Source: Candidatus Latescibacterota bacterium
GTDB taxonomy: Bacteria > Latescibacterota > CBDEFO01
Assembly: GCA_965248755.1 (NCBI GenBank)
Contig: OZ252149.1
Location: forward strand, 4,160,001-4,224,000
DNA: 64,000 nt
Direction of reading: 5' to 3'
The stretch's first letter is position 1. Every line of letters begins with the position of its first letter. Below the pieces are notes generated by a model. The model was not told where the DNA came from. It was given only the letters and a program-made list of their open reading frames with translations, and ran no database searches. The translations under genes and the position numbers were made by a program. Shown here piece after piece: positions 9,985-19,794 of this stretch.

Positions 9985-12060
9985 TTATGCCTCCGCTGGC
10001 TGAATCTCAGCTATATCATACAGTTGTGTATCTATTTCCTGTATGAAACGGGACGGCTGTAGTATAGTCGAAGGTGAAGAGCTTCTACCTATATCTATTA
10101 AAGGATAGACTACGTAGAGTTCGTCTTTGGCTCTTGTGGCGGCTACGTAGAAGACGCGCCTTTCTTCCTCCTCTCCACCTTCCTCTTTCAGCGACCGATC
10201 TGCCGGGAAGGCTCCCTCGCACGCCCTTATCACGAATACGTGCTGCCATTCGAGTCCCTTTGCCCTGTGGATTGAGCTCAAAATTACCTTCTCGGTGTCA
10301 TCGGATCCAGAGACTACGTCCTGCCCCTGAAGTTCCCCGAGCAGGACGAGCTCTGAAAGGAGGTCTTCAAGTTCAGAGTATTGCTTGGCAAAGAGCCCTA
10401 ATTGTTCAATATCCTCAACTCTGGAAGTGTAATTGTCGTATCTTGACCTCAGATAGTCGAGGTATCCGCCTTCAAGTATGGCACTGATTAAAGCGGGAGG
10501 GTCGCTCTTTTTGTCTATCTCTATGAGTTTTTTGAGATCGCCAATAAACTGGCTCCAAAACATCAGGCTCTGTGAGGGCAGGACATCCGAGATTACGCCG
10601 GATTGGAGGGCCTTCAGGGGGTTGGCGGAGTTAGAGATCTGGTTCCATAACTTTCCCGCCGTGACGTTGCCGATTTTGGGAATCATAAGCAGGATCCTCC
10701 TCCAGGCTGTCTCATCGTGGGGGTTGACGAGAATCTTAAGGTAGGAGATTACGTCCTTTATATGGGCCTGCTCGAAGAATCTGATCCCATCCCTTATTTC
10801 GTAGGGGATATTGCGCCTTACGAGTTCTGCTTCCAGAATCGCGCAATGATAATGGGAGCGGTAGAGAACGGCTACCTCCTCTAATGGCACTCCTTCGTCT
10901 CTAATCTGGAGTATTCTGCTGGAGACGAAGTCCGCCTCCCCATAGGCGTCCTGGACGGGGACCAGGGCGGGAGAAAAACCGTCTTTCCTGACCGATTGCA
11001 AAACTTTGTCGTATTGATCTTTGTTGTGCCTTATGCTGTCGTTGGTGAAGTTTAATATCTGGGGAGTACTCCTGTAGTTGATCTCAAGTTTAAATATCTC
11101 GGTACCCGGATTTCGTTCGGGGAATCTGATGATATTGTCGTAGTTAGCTCCTCTGAAGGCGTAGATGCTCTGTGAATCGTCGCCCACGACCGTCAGATTG
11201 TTTCCGTTCTTGGAGGCCAGAAGTTCAACTATGTCCGCCTGGACTTTGTTTGTGTCCTGATATTCGTCCACCAAGACGTGCTGAAATTTTCTTCCATATT
11301 TTTCGAGGATTTCGGGAAAGTCCCTCAAGAGCACCAGCCAGTTTCCCAAGAGATCGTCGTAGTCCACAGAGTTGTTCTTCTTTTTTCTATCTCGATATTC
11401 GTCCTCTATCCGGATTATCTCATCCTGCAAGTGAGCAAAATAGGGATAATAGCGGTCCAGGATGGTCTCTACGCCCAACTGTGTGTTGAACGACAGGCTG
11501 ATGATGTTTCTGACTAAAGCCGCCGATGGAAAGCGCTCCTTCTTGGGCTCTATCCCGATCTCTGATATACAGACCTTGATTAGATCCTTTTGATCCTCTT
11601 GGTCGAGTATGGAGAAGTTAGATCCATAGCCGAGGAGTTTACCGTCCTGCCTTAGTATCCTGTTTCCTGTGGCGTGAAATGTCCCTCCCCATATCTTTCT
11701 TGCCAGTGGTCCTGTGAGGACTTCAACGCGTCGCAACATCTCTTTTGCGGCTTTGTTGGTGAAGGTCACAAGGAGTATCCCTGACGGGTCTATACCTTTT
11801 GAGAGCAGATAGGCGACTCTGTAAGTGATTGCCCTGGTCTTGCCGCTCCCTGCTCCCGCTATTACAAGCTTGGGGCCATCTCCGGCTGTGACTGCCCGAA
11901 GTTGCTGTGGGTTGAGTTCTCTTTCAAACTGCAGCTTAAGCCGGCTCTTTTGTTCAGTTTTTATCGTAAATACTCTCAAGACTTTTCCCGATCGTTCTGC
12001 CTGTGTTTGTTGGGTCCTTTGTGCAGTGAAAAAGGTAACCAATTTGTCTGGGGCAGTCAA
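9985..12060 (-). CDS. uvrD: UvrD/PcrA family ATP-dependent DNA helicase (true start may be about 25 codons downstream)
   Basis: AGAGSGKT, TFTNKAA, VDEYQDTN, GDDSQSIY, NYRS, HRAKGLE and VAATRA motifs. Confidence 0.95.
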   Translation of the reverse strand: MTAPDKLVTFFTAQRTQQTQAERSGKVLRVFTIKTEQKSRLKLQFERELNPQQLRAVTAGDGPKLVIAGAGSGKTRAITYRVAYLLSKGIDPSGILLVTFTNKAAKEMLRRVEVLTGPLARKIWGGTFHATGNRILRQDGKLLGYGSNFSILDQEDQKDLIKVCISEIGIEPKKERFPSAALVRNIISLSFNTQLGVETILDRYYPYFAHLQDEIIRIEDEYRDRKKKNNSVDYDDLLGNWLVLLRDFPEILEKYGRKFQHVLVDEYQDTNKVQADIVELLASKNGNNLTVVGDDSQSIYAFRGANYDNIIRFPERNPGTEIFKLEINYRSTPQILNFTNDSIRHNKDQYDKVLQSVRKDGFSPALVPVQDAYGEADFVSSRILQIRDEGVPLEEVAVLYRSHYHCAILEAELVRRNIPYEIRDGIRFFEQAHIKDVISYLKILVNPHDETAWRRILLMIPKIGNVTAGKLWNQISNSANPLKALQSGVISDVLPSQSLMFWSQFIGDLKKLIEIDKKSDPPALISAILEGGYLDYLRSRYDNYTSRVEDIEQLGLFAKQYSELEDLLSELVLLGELQGQDVVSGSDDTEKVILSSIHRAKGLEWQHVFVIRACEGAFPADRSLKEEGGEEEERRVFYVAATRAKDELYVVYPLIDIGRSSSPSTILQPSRFIQEIDTQLYDIAEIQPAEA

Positions 12061-12152
12061 TAGAAAAAGAGTTTGTGTTTTTTCCCATCTTACTATATAT
12101 TCTTGGACGTGTAAACAGGTAGGAACATGCCAGGTGAAAGCCCAAGGAAAGG

Positions 12153-13436
12153 ATGCGAAAAATGTCCCGAAACGTTATTGTATTTCCTGAGACCCATAAA
12201 GAGGGCATAGATCTCTTCAGGGGGAAAGGTATCCTTGAAGAACAAGGCGTAATGAACTTCACACAACTCGTGGAGAACGTGAGCAAGCCTTATTTGGAAA
12301 CTATAGCATCGAGCGTGGGACATGAAGTCTTAGAATCTATCAAAGGAGAGGAGGAAATCAAGGTAGCGCAGTCCTTTCCCAGACCTGTGCCCACAGAGCG
12401 GGACATTACGCAGATTATAGAGGAACAGGATAGCGTGGACGGCATATTCACGGCCTCGGACGTCGGTCTTACATCCGAACATGTAGAATCCGCCTTGGAC
12501 AAAGGATTGAGGGTTATCGGCACCTGTTCAGTGGGTTGGAATCACTACTGGGATGTTATGCCCCAGATAACCAACTGCGGCGTGCCGCTTGTTAACGCCG
12601 GAAGATCGGCTGAGAAGACTACGGCTCAGTACGGAGTCCTGTGTCTTCTTCAGGCGTCCAGGGACATAGTGAAAGCCGCAGGATCGTGCAAGGGCATACA
12701 GCTTGCCGAACGTCCGCTCAGCTACAGGTACGAAGAACTGATGGGGGTAGACCTTTTCGGAAAAAATGTGGGAGTCATAGGTGCCGGCAATATAGGTACG
12801 CAGGCCATACTCCTATTAGCCGCGCACGGAACAAACGTCTATTACACCGACATCGTAGCAGACGAAGAGAAGCGGAAGAGGATCACAGAGAGATTCAACA
12901 CTATTAAAGAGCAGTTCGACTACAATACACGGATAGAGTTTATCCCGACAGAGGACGGCAGGCTATCGGAGAGACTTCTGAAAATTGTGGATTACATAAC
13001 CATCCATGCCAACCTTACGGAACAGTCCAGGGACCTTATATCAAAAGTAGAATTTGAACAGATGAAAGATGGAGTCAGGATCGTCAACACAGCAAGAGGG
13101 GAGATCATAGAACCCGACGCCCTATACGACGCTCTTGTATCGGGAAAGGTAGCAAGGGCTGTCTTAGACCCCATCTGGCCCGAACCCATAAGACCTGAAG
13201 ACCCCTATTGGAAGGTTGTGCAACATCCGAATGTGGACTTCACCTTCCATATAGCAGCAATCACAAACGAATGCTTCCGCACTTACACTATGACGGTTGT
13301 GCTTGCTATGACGGCCGTCATAGAAGGGCTTAAGCCTCTGAATGCGGTCAACAGCACCCCGTATCTAAGGAAACTTTTTGACATTCCTTCTGTGTATGAG
13401 ACAAAGAAGTATAAACAAGTAGACAGCAAGCCGTAG
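12153..13436 (+). CDS. D-isomer-specific 2-hydroxyacid dehydrogenase
   Basis: GAGNIG Rossmann motif, VNTARG, EP, HIAA. Confidence 0.85.
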   Translation: MRKMSRNVIVFPETHKEGIDLFRGKGILEEQGVMNFTQLVENVSKPYLETIASSVGHEVLESIKGEEEIKVAQSFPRPVPTERDITQIIEEQDSVDGIFTASDVGLTSEHVESALDKGLRVIGTCSVGWNHYWDVMPQITNCGVPLVNAGRSAEKTTAQYGVLCLLQASRDIVKAAGSCKGIQLAERPLSYRYEELMGVDLFGKNVGVIGAGNIGTQAILLLAAHGTNVYYTDIVADEEKRKRITERFNTIKEQFDYNTRIEFIPTEDGRLSERLLKIVDYITIHANLTEQSRDLISKVEFEQMKDGVRIVNTARGEIIEPDALYDALVSGKVARAVLDPIWPEPIRPEDPYWKVVQHPNVDFTFHIAAITNECFRTYTMTVVLAMTAVIEGLKPLNAVNSTPYLRKLFDIPSVYETKKYKQVDSKP

Positions 13437-13534
13437 ACAGGCATCCTCTCGGATCCCTTGGGATTGATTTGCTTCGAACCGCCTGACGGGGTCGGGGTGG
13501 GTGCCCATAGCAATGACACCAAAGAATAAGGAAC

Positions 13535-13583
13535 GTCATTAGCGAGTGGCTGATTGAATCTATCGGGGAAGCGAAGTAATCTC
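13535..13583. repeat. GTCATT..GCGA...AATCT-type palindromic repeat carrying the GATTGAATCTATCGGGG hairpin; overlaps the cysH stop
   Basis: gtcattagcgag...gattgaatctatcggggaagcgaagtaatctc. Confidence 0.7.
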
Positions 13584-14339
13584 GGAGGGGGAAAGCTGTT
13601 CTCCCTCTACGCTGTCCACTGCTTTTATATGCAGGCCGCATTCCTTCTCCTCAGGGGACTCCCACCACCATCTTCCAGCCCTTAAGTCTTCTCCGGGTTC
13701 GATGGCTCTTGTGCAGGGCGCGCAACCGATGCTCGGGAATCCCCTATCGTGCAGGGCATTATAAGGGACATCGTGCTCTCTTATATAGTCCCAGACGTCC
13801 TCCTGTGTCCAATCCGCCAACGGATTCACCTTCACGATGCCCCCTTGTGATTCGTCCAGCTCCACCTTCCCAAGTTCAGTCCGCGTCACCGACTGTTCTC
13901 TTCTTAGTCCCGTAATCCATCCTGAAAGCCCGGAAAGGGCTCGTTTTAGAGGCTCGATCTTTCTGATGCCGCAGCACAACTTTCTAAAGTCTATACTCTC
14001 GTAGAACAGATTGACTCCGTTTTCTCTGACCATCTTTTCTACAGCATCAGTGTGAGGAAAGTAGACCTCGAAATCGACGTTATATTTCTTTCTTAATGTA
14101 TCCATCACGTCATAGGTCTCCTGGTTTAGCCTCCCCGTATCCAGGGTAAAAATCCTGGCACGGGGGGCCAATTTGGTGAGCATATCCACCAGGACCACAT
14201 CTTCAGCCCCCAAACTGCATGCAGTTGCTATATCGGGATGAAATTCATCCAGAGCCCACTTTAGCACTTCCAGGGCGGTCTTGGACTCAAATTCGGCATT
14301 CTTTTCCTCCACATCTACCTGCAAGAGATCGTTTTTCAC
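13560..14339 (-). CDS. cysH: Adenosine 5'-phosphosulfate reductase (CysH family, Fe-S type)
   Basis: LDTG, CCGIRK, SIGCAPCT (CC...CxxC cluster ligands) and ECGLH. Confidence 0.93.
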   Translation of the reverse strand: MKNDLLQVDVEEKNAEFESKTALEVLKWALDEFHPDIATACSLGAEDVVLVDMLTKLAPRARIFTLDTGRLNQETYDVMDTLRKKYNVDFEVYFPHTDAVEKMVRENGVNLFYESIDFRKLCCGIRKIEPLKRALSGLSGWITGLRREQSVTRTELGKVELDESQGGIVKVNPLADWTQEDVWDYIREHDVPYNALHDRGFPSIGCAPCTRAIEPGEDLRAGRWWWESPEEKECGLHIKAVDSVEGEQLSPSEITSLPR

Positions 14340-14372
14340 TATCGTCCTCCTTGGTTCAAAGGTTACTCAATC

Positions 14373-14624
14373 TCATATATGATAATTGTCTTTATAGACC
14401 TTCTTCCCGAAGCTAAGCTTCTCCCATAAGCGCTCATGGAAGTAATAAAGCATTAATTTTACAGCCGCTTCTGCAAGACCCACTCCGATGCTCAACGCCA
14501 GTTCCTTTGTAAAGCTAAACACAATGACTGAGGTAGTCAGTGATGCCCATATTCTCCAACTTACAGCTTTTGCGATGCTTCTGGTATGAGTGTCTACCAC
14601 ACTGTTTCGGACGCGCTTATCCAT
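14373..14624 (-). CDS. DUF2061-type small membrane protein
   Basis: RSIAKAVSWR...LYYFHERLW motif; lies between sat and cysH. Confidence 0.85.
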   Translation of the reverse strand: MDKRVRNSVVDTHTRSIAKAVSWRIWASLTTSVIVFSFTKELALSIGVGLAEAAVKLMLYYFHERLWEKLSFGKKVYKDNYHI

Positions 14625-14698
14625 CGTCTTCTTCCAAGAATAGGTAGGGCAAGGATGTACTCCCGTCAGTTGACTACGAGCACCTTAGCCTACTTCGT

Positions 14699-14732
14699 GC
14701 GGCTTTGCTGCCCCCACTCCCGTCAAAGCCGC
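14699..14732. repeat. Intergenic hairpin repeat GCGGCTTTG-N16-CAAAGCCGC
   Basis: 9-bp perfect stem; related copy inside the Mo-subunit gene at 24871-24904. Confidence 0.6.
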
Positions 14733-14786
14733 CCACGGCGCCTCGAAGCAGTCTCAGAGCATCGGAGGCGGTGTCTTCTATGCGGT

Positions 14787-15947
14787 CTAATGCCTTTTTG
14801 CTAGCCCTTCTACCAGAACGTGTGCAACCTCAGGTCTGGTCAACTCCGGCGGAGGAGCCAATCCCGCTTCTAACATCTCTCTCACCTTTGTCCCGCTTAG
14901 CGAAAGGTGATCATCATCTCCGTGCGGACACGTCCTGGGCGAGGCCATGTTCCCGCACCTTTTGCAGTAAAACGTATAATCGAAAAACATAGGCGTAATG
15001 CCGATTTCACTTTGCTCAAATTCCTCAAAAATATAGTGGGCGTCGAACGTTCCATAGTAGTTTCCGACTCCCGCATGATCCCTTCCGACAATAAAGTGAG
15101 TGCACCCGTAATTCTTTCTCACAATGGCGTGAAAGACCGCCTCTCTTGGCCCTGCGTACCTCATCGCAGCCGGAAAGACTCCCAGAAGCGTTCTGTCCTG
15201 GGGATAATATTCAGCGATTATCACCTCATAGCTTTTCATTCTCACCCAGGCGGGGATATCGTCAGCTTTGGTCTCTCCGACCAGGGGATGAATGAGGAGA
15301 CCGTCCACTATCTCTAAAGCGCACTTTTGGATATATTCGTGTGCCCTGTGGATCGGATTCCTGGTCTGAAATGCTACAATTCTCCTCCATCCTCTTTCTT
15401 GAAATATCCTCCTCATATCTGAGGGATATAATCTGTAGTATCCAAAATCCCTGTGTTTGGGCTGGTGAAGGATCGTCACCTTTCCGCCCAAAAGTACGTC
15501 ACCCGATCTGCCGAGGTATGCCACTCCAGGATGCGCCGGATCTTCGGTCTTATACACATAGATGGCCTCGTCCTGTTTGCTGTACCTAAACTTTTCCTCC
15601 AGATGCAAAACTCCCAGGACTATTCCCTCTTGGTCCGCTAAAGCTATGTCGGTTCCCTCCCTCAGACCGTCGTCTTCTTCCCGGTTTACGGCCAGCGTGA
15701 TCGGAATAGTCCACGGCAGTCCATTTTGCAGTCTCATCTGCTTAACGACGCTCTCGTAGTCAGCTCTGTTCATAAAGCCCTCTATGGGGCTGAATCCTCC
15801 CGTAGCTATCAACTCCAGATCGGAAACCTGTCTCCCGTTCAGTTGAACCCTCACCAATCCTCCAACCTTTTCCTGTAGCTTTTCCCTTTCGGCTCCGTTT
15901 GCAATCCTGTTTACCAGAGTTCCCCCGTGAGGACTCATCTGTGACAT
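14787..15947 (-). CDS. sat: Sulfate adenylyltransferase
   Basis: PHGGTL, FQTRNPIHRAH, MRYAGPREA, GRDHAG; GGAGG RBS. Confidence 0.96.
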   Translation of the reverse strand: MSQMSPHGGTLVNRIANGAEREKLQEKVGGLVRVQLNGRQVSDLELIATGGFSPIEGFMNRADYESVVKQMRLQNGLPWTIPITLAVNREEDDGLREGTDIALADQEGIVLGVLHLEEKFRYSKQDEAIYVYKTEDPAHPGVAYLGRSGDVLLGGKVTILHQPKHRDFGYYRLYPSDMRRIFQERGWRRIVAFQTRNPIHRAHEYIQKCALEIVDGLLIHPLVGETKADDIPAWVRMKSYEVIIAEYYPQDRTLLGVFPAAMRYAGPREAVFHAIVRKNYGCTHFIVGRDHAGVGNYYGTFDAHYIFEEFEQSEIGITPMFFDYTFYCKRCGNMASPRTCPHGDDDHLSLSGTKVREMLEAGLAPPPELTRPEVAHVLVEGLAKRH

Positions 15948-16079
15948 GCCTTCCTCCACTATAACCTGCACAAACCGATTTGCGTTGCTTGGAGCATATT
16001 TATATATATGTTGATCATATTAGTCAATAATATAAGATAAACAAAAAAATGGAAATGTCAATAGGAAAATACGGGCAGC

Positions 16080-16135
16080 TTAGGGTGGGCCGATTAGGGC
16101 GCGCAGATTAGGGTGGGAAGATTAGGGACGGTGAA
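16080..16135 (+). repeat. Four degenerate 14-bp tandem units, each beginning TTAGGG
   Basis: TTAGGG at 16080, 16094, 16108 and 16122. Confidence 0.75.
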
Positions 16136-16159
16136 ACCTTACATGTTCAAAAGCACTTA

Positions 16160-16537
16160 CTACTCTTCCTCTTTGATCGGCTTTGGTCTCCCACTGTCAT
16201 CTACCGAGACATACACTACCTCGGCCTCTGTAACCTTCACCTTTTCTCCCGTTTCGATCCTTTCAGCCTGGACCTCCACGCGGGTAGTTATGGATGTCCT
16301 ACCTATCTTCAGCGTTTGGGTGTAGAAGCTGACTACATCTCCGACACAGACAGGAGCTATGAATTCTACCTCCCGCATCGCCACTGTTACAAACCTGCTC
16401 CTTGCGTGCTTCCTTGCCTCTACACTCCCGGCCAAGTCCAGATGACTCAGAATTATTCCTCCGAAGATTGTGCCTGCACTGTTGGTGTCTTTTGGAAGCA
16501 TTACGACTCTTATTGTGGGCTCTTTTGAGCTTGGCAT
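16160..16537 (-). CDS. Hotdog-fold acyl-CoA thioesterase (YciA-like)
   Basis: [19 protein letters not shown] and IGRTSI motifs. Confidence 0.92.
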   Translation of the reverse strand: MPSSKEPTIRVVMLPKDTNSAGTIFGGIILSHLDLAGSVEARKHARSRFVTVAMREVEFIAPVCVGDVVSFYTQTLKIGRTSITTRVEVQAERIETGEKVKVTEAEVVYVSVDDSGRPKPIKEEE

Positions 16538-16756
16538 GTGTCCTCCTTTGGATAGGGGCTCACCACCCTCTATCCTCAATGATAAATAAAACTAACGGTC
16601 ACTGTAAAGAAAAAAAGGGAAAAATGTTCCTAAGATCATGGGATATCATGGGAAAAACTTGCATTGGAGATAAAAACGATTCTTCTATATTGTTTGTGAT
16701 ACAACAGAAATATTAACAATGACTTATGGACAATAATATATCTGCCATATTCTTCT

Positions 16757-16772
16757 TGGCACCATAATTGCT
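16757..16772 (+). promoter_or_regulatory. sigma54 (-24/-12) promoter for fliC-fliS
   Basis: TGGCAC-CATAA-TTGCT, an exact match to TGGCAC-N5-TTGCW about 150 bp upstream of flagellin. Confidence 0.85.
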
Positions 16773-16924
16773 TGAACAATAGCGTGTAGCTAAACGTAAG
16801 GCGCGCTTAAATTCGGAGATCATCTTTCCACAAAAAGTTCTTGGATACTTTTTGTGGGCTCTTTAGTTCTGAAATCGCCCCATTCAATAGGGATATTATC
16901 TAACCTTTTAAGGAGGAATGGCTA

Positions 16925-18151
16925 ATGGCAAGGATTAACACCAACATAGCAGCCTTAAACGCTTTAAACGCCCTTAACAAACTCAACAGGCGTTTGGACA
17001 CCCACCAGCTCAGACTCGCGACGGGAAAGAGGATCAACGCTGCTGGCGACGACGCTGCAGGGCTCTCCATAGCTAATAAGTTGAAGGTAAGGGCGGACAG
17101 TTTAGGAGTATCTCTCAACAATATAGGCGACGCTAAGAACATGATGAGCATCGCCGAAGGATACCTCCAGAGCATTAATGACATCCTGGGACAGATGAGA
17201 AACAAAGCCACCCAGGCTGCAAACGACATCCTGGGAACTGCAGAAAGGACTGCGCTTAAGAACGAGTTAAAGCAGTTGGGAGATGAGATTGACGACCAGG
17301 TGAATCAGGCTCTGTTCAACAACATCGAAATCTTGAAAACCACGACCGGCGCGTTTTCCTTCCAGGTGGGAGCTGGAACTCTCGATTCGATAACGTTCGA
17401 TCTTACATCGTCTGAGGTGGGATACACGACAGGATTCACAGCCAGTCAGCTCGATGTGGTTGTAGGCTCTGCGACTGCTTCTGTCTCCACTACCTACGAT
17501 CCCGTAGGTTTAACTGTGGCTGTGGCTACTTCCCCTACATTCATTAACTCCGGCTTAACTGAACTTTCTGAAGGGTTCTACACAGTGGAAGTGACAAGCG
17601 TAGCCGCCAACTCTGCCGGGGCAGGTACTATCACGTTCCAGGTAAGAGATTCAGCTGGCGTTATAATCTCTATCGATGGAGATGGAAGCACCGGAACAAC
17701 ATCAGACACAGATACCTCTGTAGATCTTGCTTTCACGGGATTGGACCCCGCCGTCTTTGACACGGGTGTCGGATTTACGATAGATTTTTCAGCGTTATCG
17801 TCTGCGACCTCAAATCCCACGTCCTTCGGTATCGACTACGCACCGGATGGCGGCAGCGTAGCTACCAACGCCAATGCGGCAGCTTATATCCAGAACGTCG
17901 ACGATGCCATAGAAAATGTCTCGAAGGCCTTGAGCTTCATAGGTGCAGTTACCAACAGGCTGACGTTCAAAGAAGATGCCCTGGCAGTTGCGCGGACGAA
18001 CACTGAGGCAGCCAAGAGCAGGATCCTGGATGCTGACATTGCCTTTGAGCAGTTAGAGGCCACCAAGTTGCAGATACTGCAACAGACAGCTACAGCTATG
18101 CTGGCTCAGGCAAATGCCGCCCCACAAGCAGTATTAGCATTATTCCAGTAA
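16925..18151 (+). CDS. fliC: Flagellin
   Basis: RINTNIAA, RLATGKRINAAGDDAAGL N-terminus; SRILDAD..QILQQ..AQAN C-terminus. Confidence 0.97.
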   Translation: MARINTNIAALNALNALNKLNRRLDTHQLRLATGKRINAAGDDAAGLSIANKLKVRADSLGVSLNNIGDAKNMMSIAEGYLQSINDILGQMRNKATQAANDILGTAERTALKNELKQLGDEIDDQVNQALFNNIEILKTTTGAFSFQVGAGTLDSITFDLTSSEVGYTTGFTASQLDVVVGSATASVSTTYDPVGLTVAVATSPTFINSGLTELSEGFYTVEVTSVAANSAGAGTITFQVRDSAGVIISIDGDGSTGTTSDTDTSVDLAFTGLDPAVFDTGVGFTIDFSALSSATSNPTSFGIDYAPDGGSVATNANAAAYIQNVDDAIENVSKALSFIGAVTNRLTFKEDALAVARTNTEAAKSRILDADIAFEQLEATKLQILQQTATAMLAQANAAPQAVLALFQ

Positions 18152-18196
18152 TACTTCGATACAGACTTCTAACGTCGAAGACTTCACAAGGAGGCT

Positions 18197-18541
18197 TTGA
18201 GAATGATTACTTCAGGCTTTGAAAATCAAGCTGCCGATGCGGAGGGTCTGGCGGAAAGTTCAGTTCCGACAGAGCCGTCTCAACTGGTACTCTTTCTGTA
18301 CGACCTCATTATTGCGGCCTGCAAGAAGAGGGACTCCGAAGATGCCATAGGCACCTTGATTACTCTTATAGAGTCTTTGGACTTCAAGCAGGATGAGATC
18401 TCGAACGGTCTTTTCAGGCTGTACGAATTTTGCATGAGGACGATCAAGGAGGGCGATTTTGATACGGCTTTGAGGATATTGACCGAACTGCGGGATGTTT
18501 GGGCAGAGGCCACTGCTAACATGGAGGAAGTTGTAGTTTAG
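18197..18541 (+). CDS. fliS: Flagellin chaperone FliS
   Basis: P.QLVLFLYD, LIESLDF, LFRLYEF and LTELRDVW motifs; directly downstream of fliC. Confidence 0.88.
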   Translation: MRMITSGFENQAADAEGLAESSVPTEPSQLVLFLYDLIIAACKKRDSEDAIGTLITLIESLDFKQDEISNGLFRLYEFCMRTIKEGDFDTALRILTELRDVWAEATANMEEVVV

Positions 18542-18615
18542 CATGTTTTCGGGGAGGAAACTTTCTTCCTCCCTTCTGTTGAAATAGTTTCCTGGCTCTT
18601 CCAAATCGTTCAGTA

Positions 18616-18858
18616 GGGCTATCGTCAACTTTACCCGCTGTGTCACACGTTGATGTCAGTCAAAGTCCCCTTGACCAAAGTCGAACCACAAGCCCCCTTC
18701 TGAAGCTTTCAGAAGTTGACTGTTGCCCTTTGTCAGAAGTTTCAACTTTGCACGGCGGTTGTGCCGCCCACTCCATGTAGTGCAGGGCTCACTTCCGTGT
18801 GTAACCACTGCAAGCTCTATAGATAGACCCTCGCGGATGGCATTTTGACAAAGGGCAA
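18616..18858. mobile_element. Two abutting MITE-like segments bounded by inverted repeats
   Basis: gggctatcgtcaactt...aagttgactgttgccc (about 18616-18728) and ttgccctttgtca...tgacaaagggcaa (18723-18858); no transposase. Confidence 0.4.
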
Positions 18859-18912
18859 TAATCCTCCCTCTACTTTTTCCACCCCAGATCTTCTGCAGCC
18901 AGCTATTCTTGC

Positions 18913-18941
18913 TTGACAACGGCTCTGAAACCCCTTATATT
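18913..18941 (+). promoter_or_regulatory. sigma70-type promoter
   Basis: TTGACA-N17-TATATT. Confidence 0.65.
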
Positions 18942-19101
18942 GGCAACTGTGTTCAAGAACTTGTTCCTCATACCCAGATCAAGTAGAGAGCGTTCAGTGG
19001 ACGGGAGGATTCTTCTCTCGCCTTTCTTTGTTGTCTACTATGTGGGATCTTTATCATCACCTCCAGACCATTGTTGAACCGATCCGTGGGAAAGTCCGAC
19101 C

Positions 19102-19512
19102 TTGAAGTATTGCAGTCTACTCATCCTGATATGGCTCTGGCTTCTGTCCTGTGCACCCACAAATACCTCTGAGTACATAGCCGAGGAGTTTATGGGAAGG
19201 TACTACGTACAGATAAACCAGGCTTATGCCCTTGAGATCACGTCAGGTTTTGCAAGGGAAAAGTTGATAGAGGAGCTGGATTTAGTTCGGTCTGTTCGAG
19301 AAGCGGGTGCCGATCCGCTTGAATCCCGACCTCACATAGAATACGAGCTTACAACGGTCAAAAAGCTCAGTGAGGATAACATTATGTTCATATACAAGCT
19401 TATAATTCAAAGCGGTGTGGAAAAGCCCTTAGCCCAAAGCGTCTTGATAAACACAAGCCTGATCGACGACCGATGGAAGGTAGTAGATTACAGGAACTTT
19501 AGCGGAGAATAG
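19102..19512 (+). CDS. Hypothetical lipoprotein
   Basis: Hydrophobic signal peptide with LLSC lipobox. Confidence 0.65.
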   Translation: MKYCSLLILIWLWLLSCAPTNTSEYIAEEFMGRYYVQINQAYALEITSGFAREKLIEELDLVRSVREAGADPLESRPHIEYELTTVKKLSEDNIMFIYKLIIQSGVEKPLAQSVLINTSLIDDRWKVVDYRNFSGE

Positions 19513-19518
19513 TCAGAA

Positions 19519-19764
19519 TCACTCGTTGCTATCTGAGTACTTTGTAAGCTCATTGTTCCTGAGGCTATGACTTGCTCTTAAAGAGTCCTCAACAGTTGTT
19601 GCCGTTGTCCTTTCCACATGAGAAGAGGGAGAATTGGCCTGTCTTCTCTCCGCAAGCCTTTCTTCCAGGGAATTCTTCAACATATCCCCGATAATAAGGA
19701 GCAGGCCTACCATAACCAGGTCGATGATGATGACAATTAGATGCGTCTTCTTAAGGAATTTCAT
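19519..19764 (-). CDS. Small single-TM hypothetical protein
   Basis: Basic N-terminus plus one TM; follows the MBL gene on the same strand. Confidence 0.5.
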   Translation of the reverse strand: MKFLKKTHLIVIIIDLVMVGLLLIIGDMLKNSLEERLAERRQANSPSSHVERTTATTVEDSLRASHSLRNNELTKYSDSNE

Positions 19765-19794
19765 TGTCCTGGAACTATATCAGTAACGTTTCCG

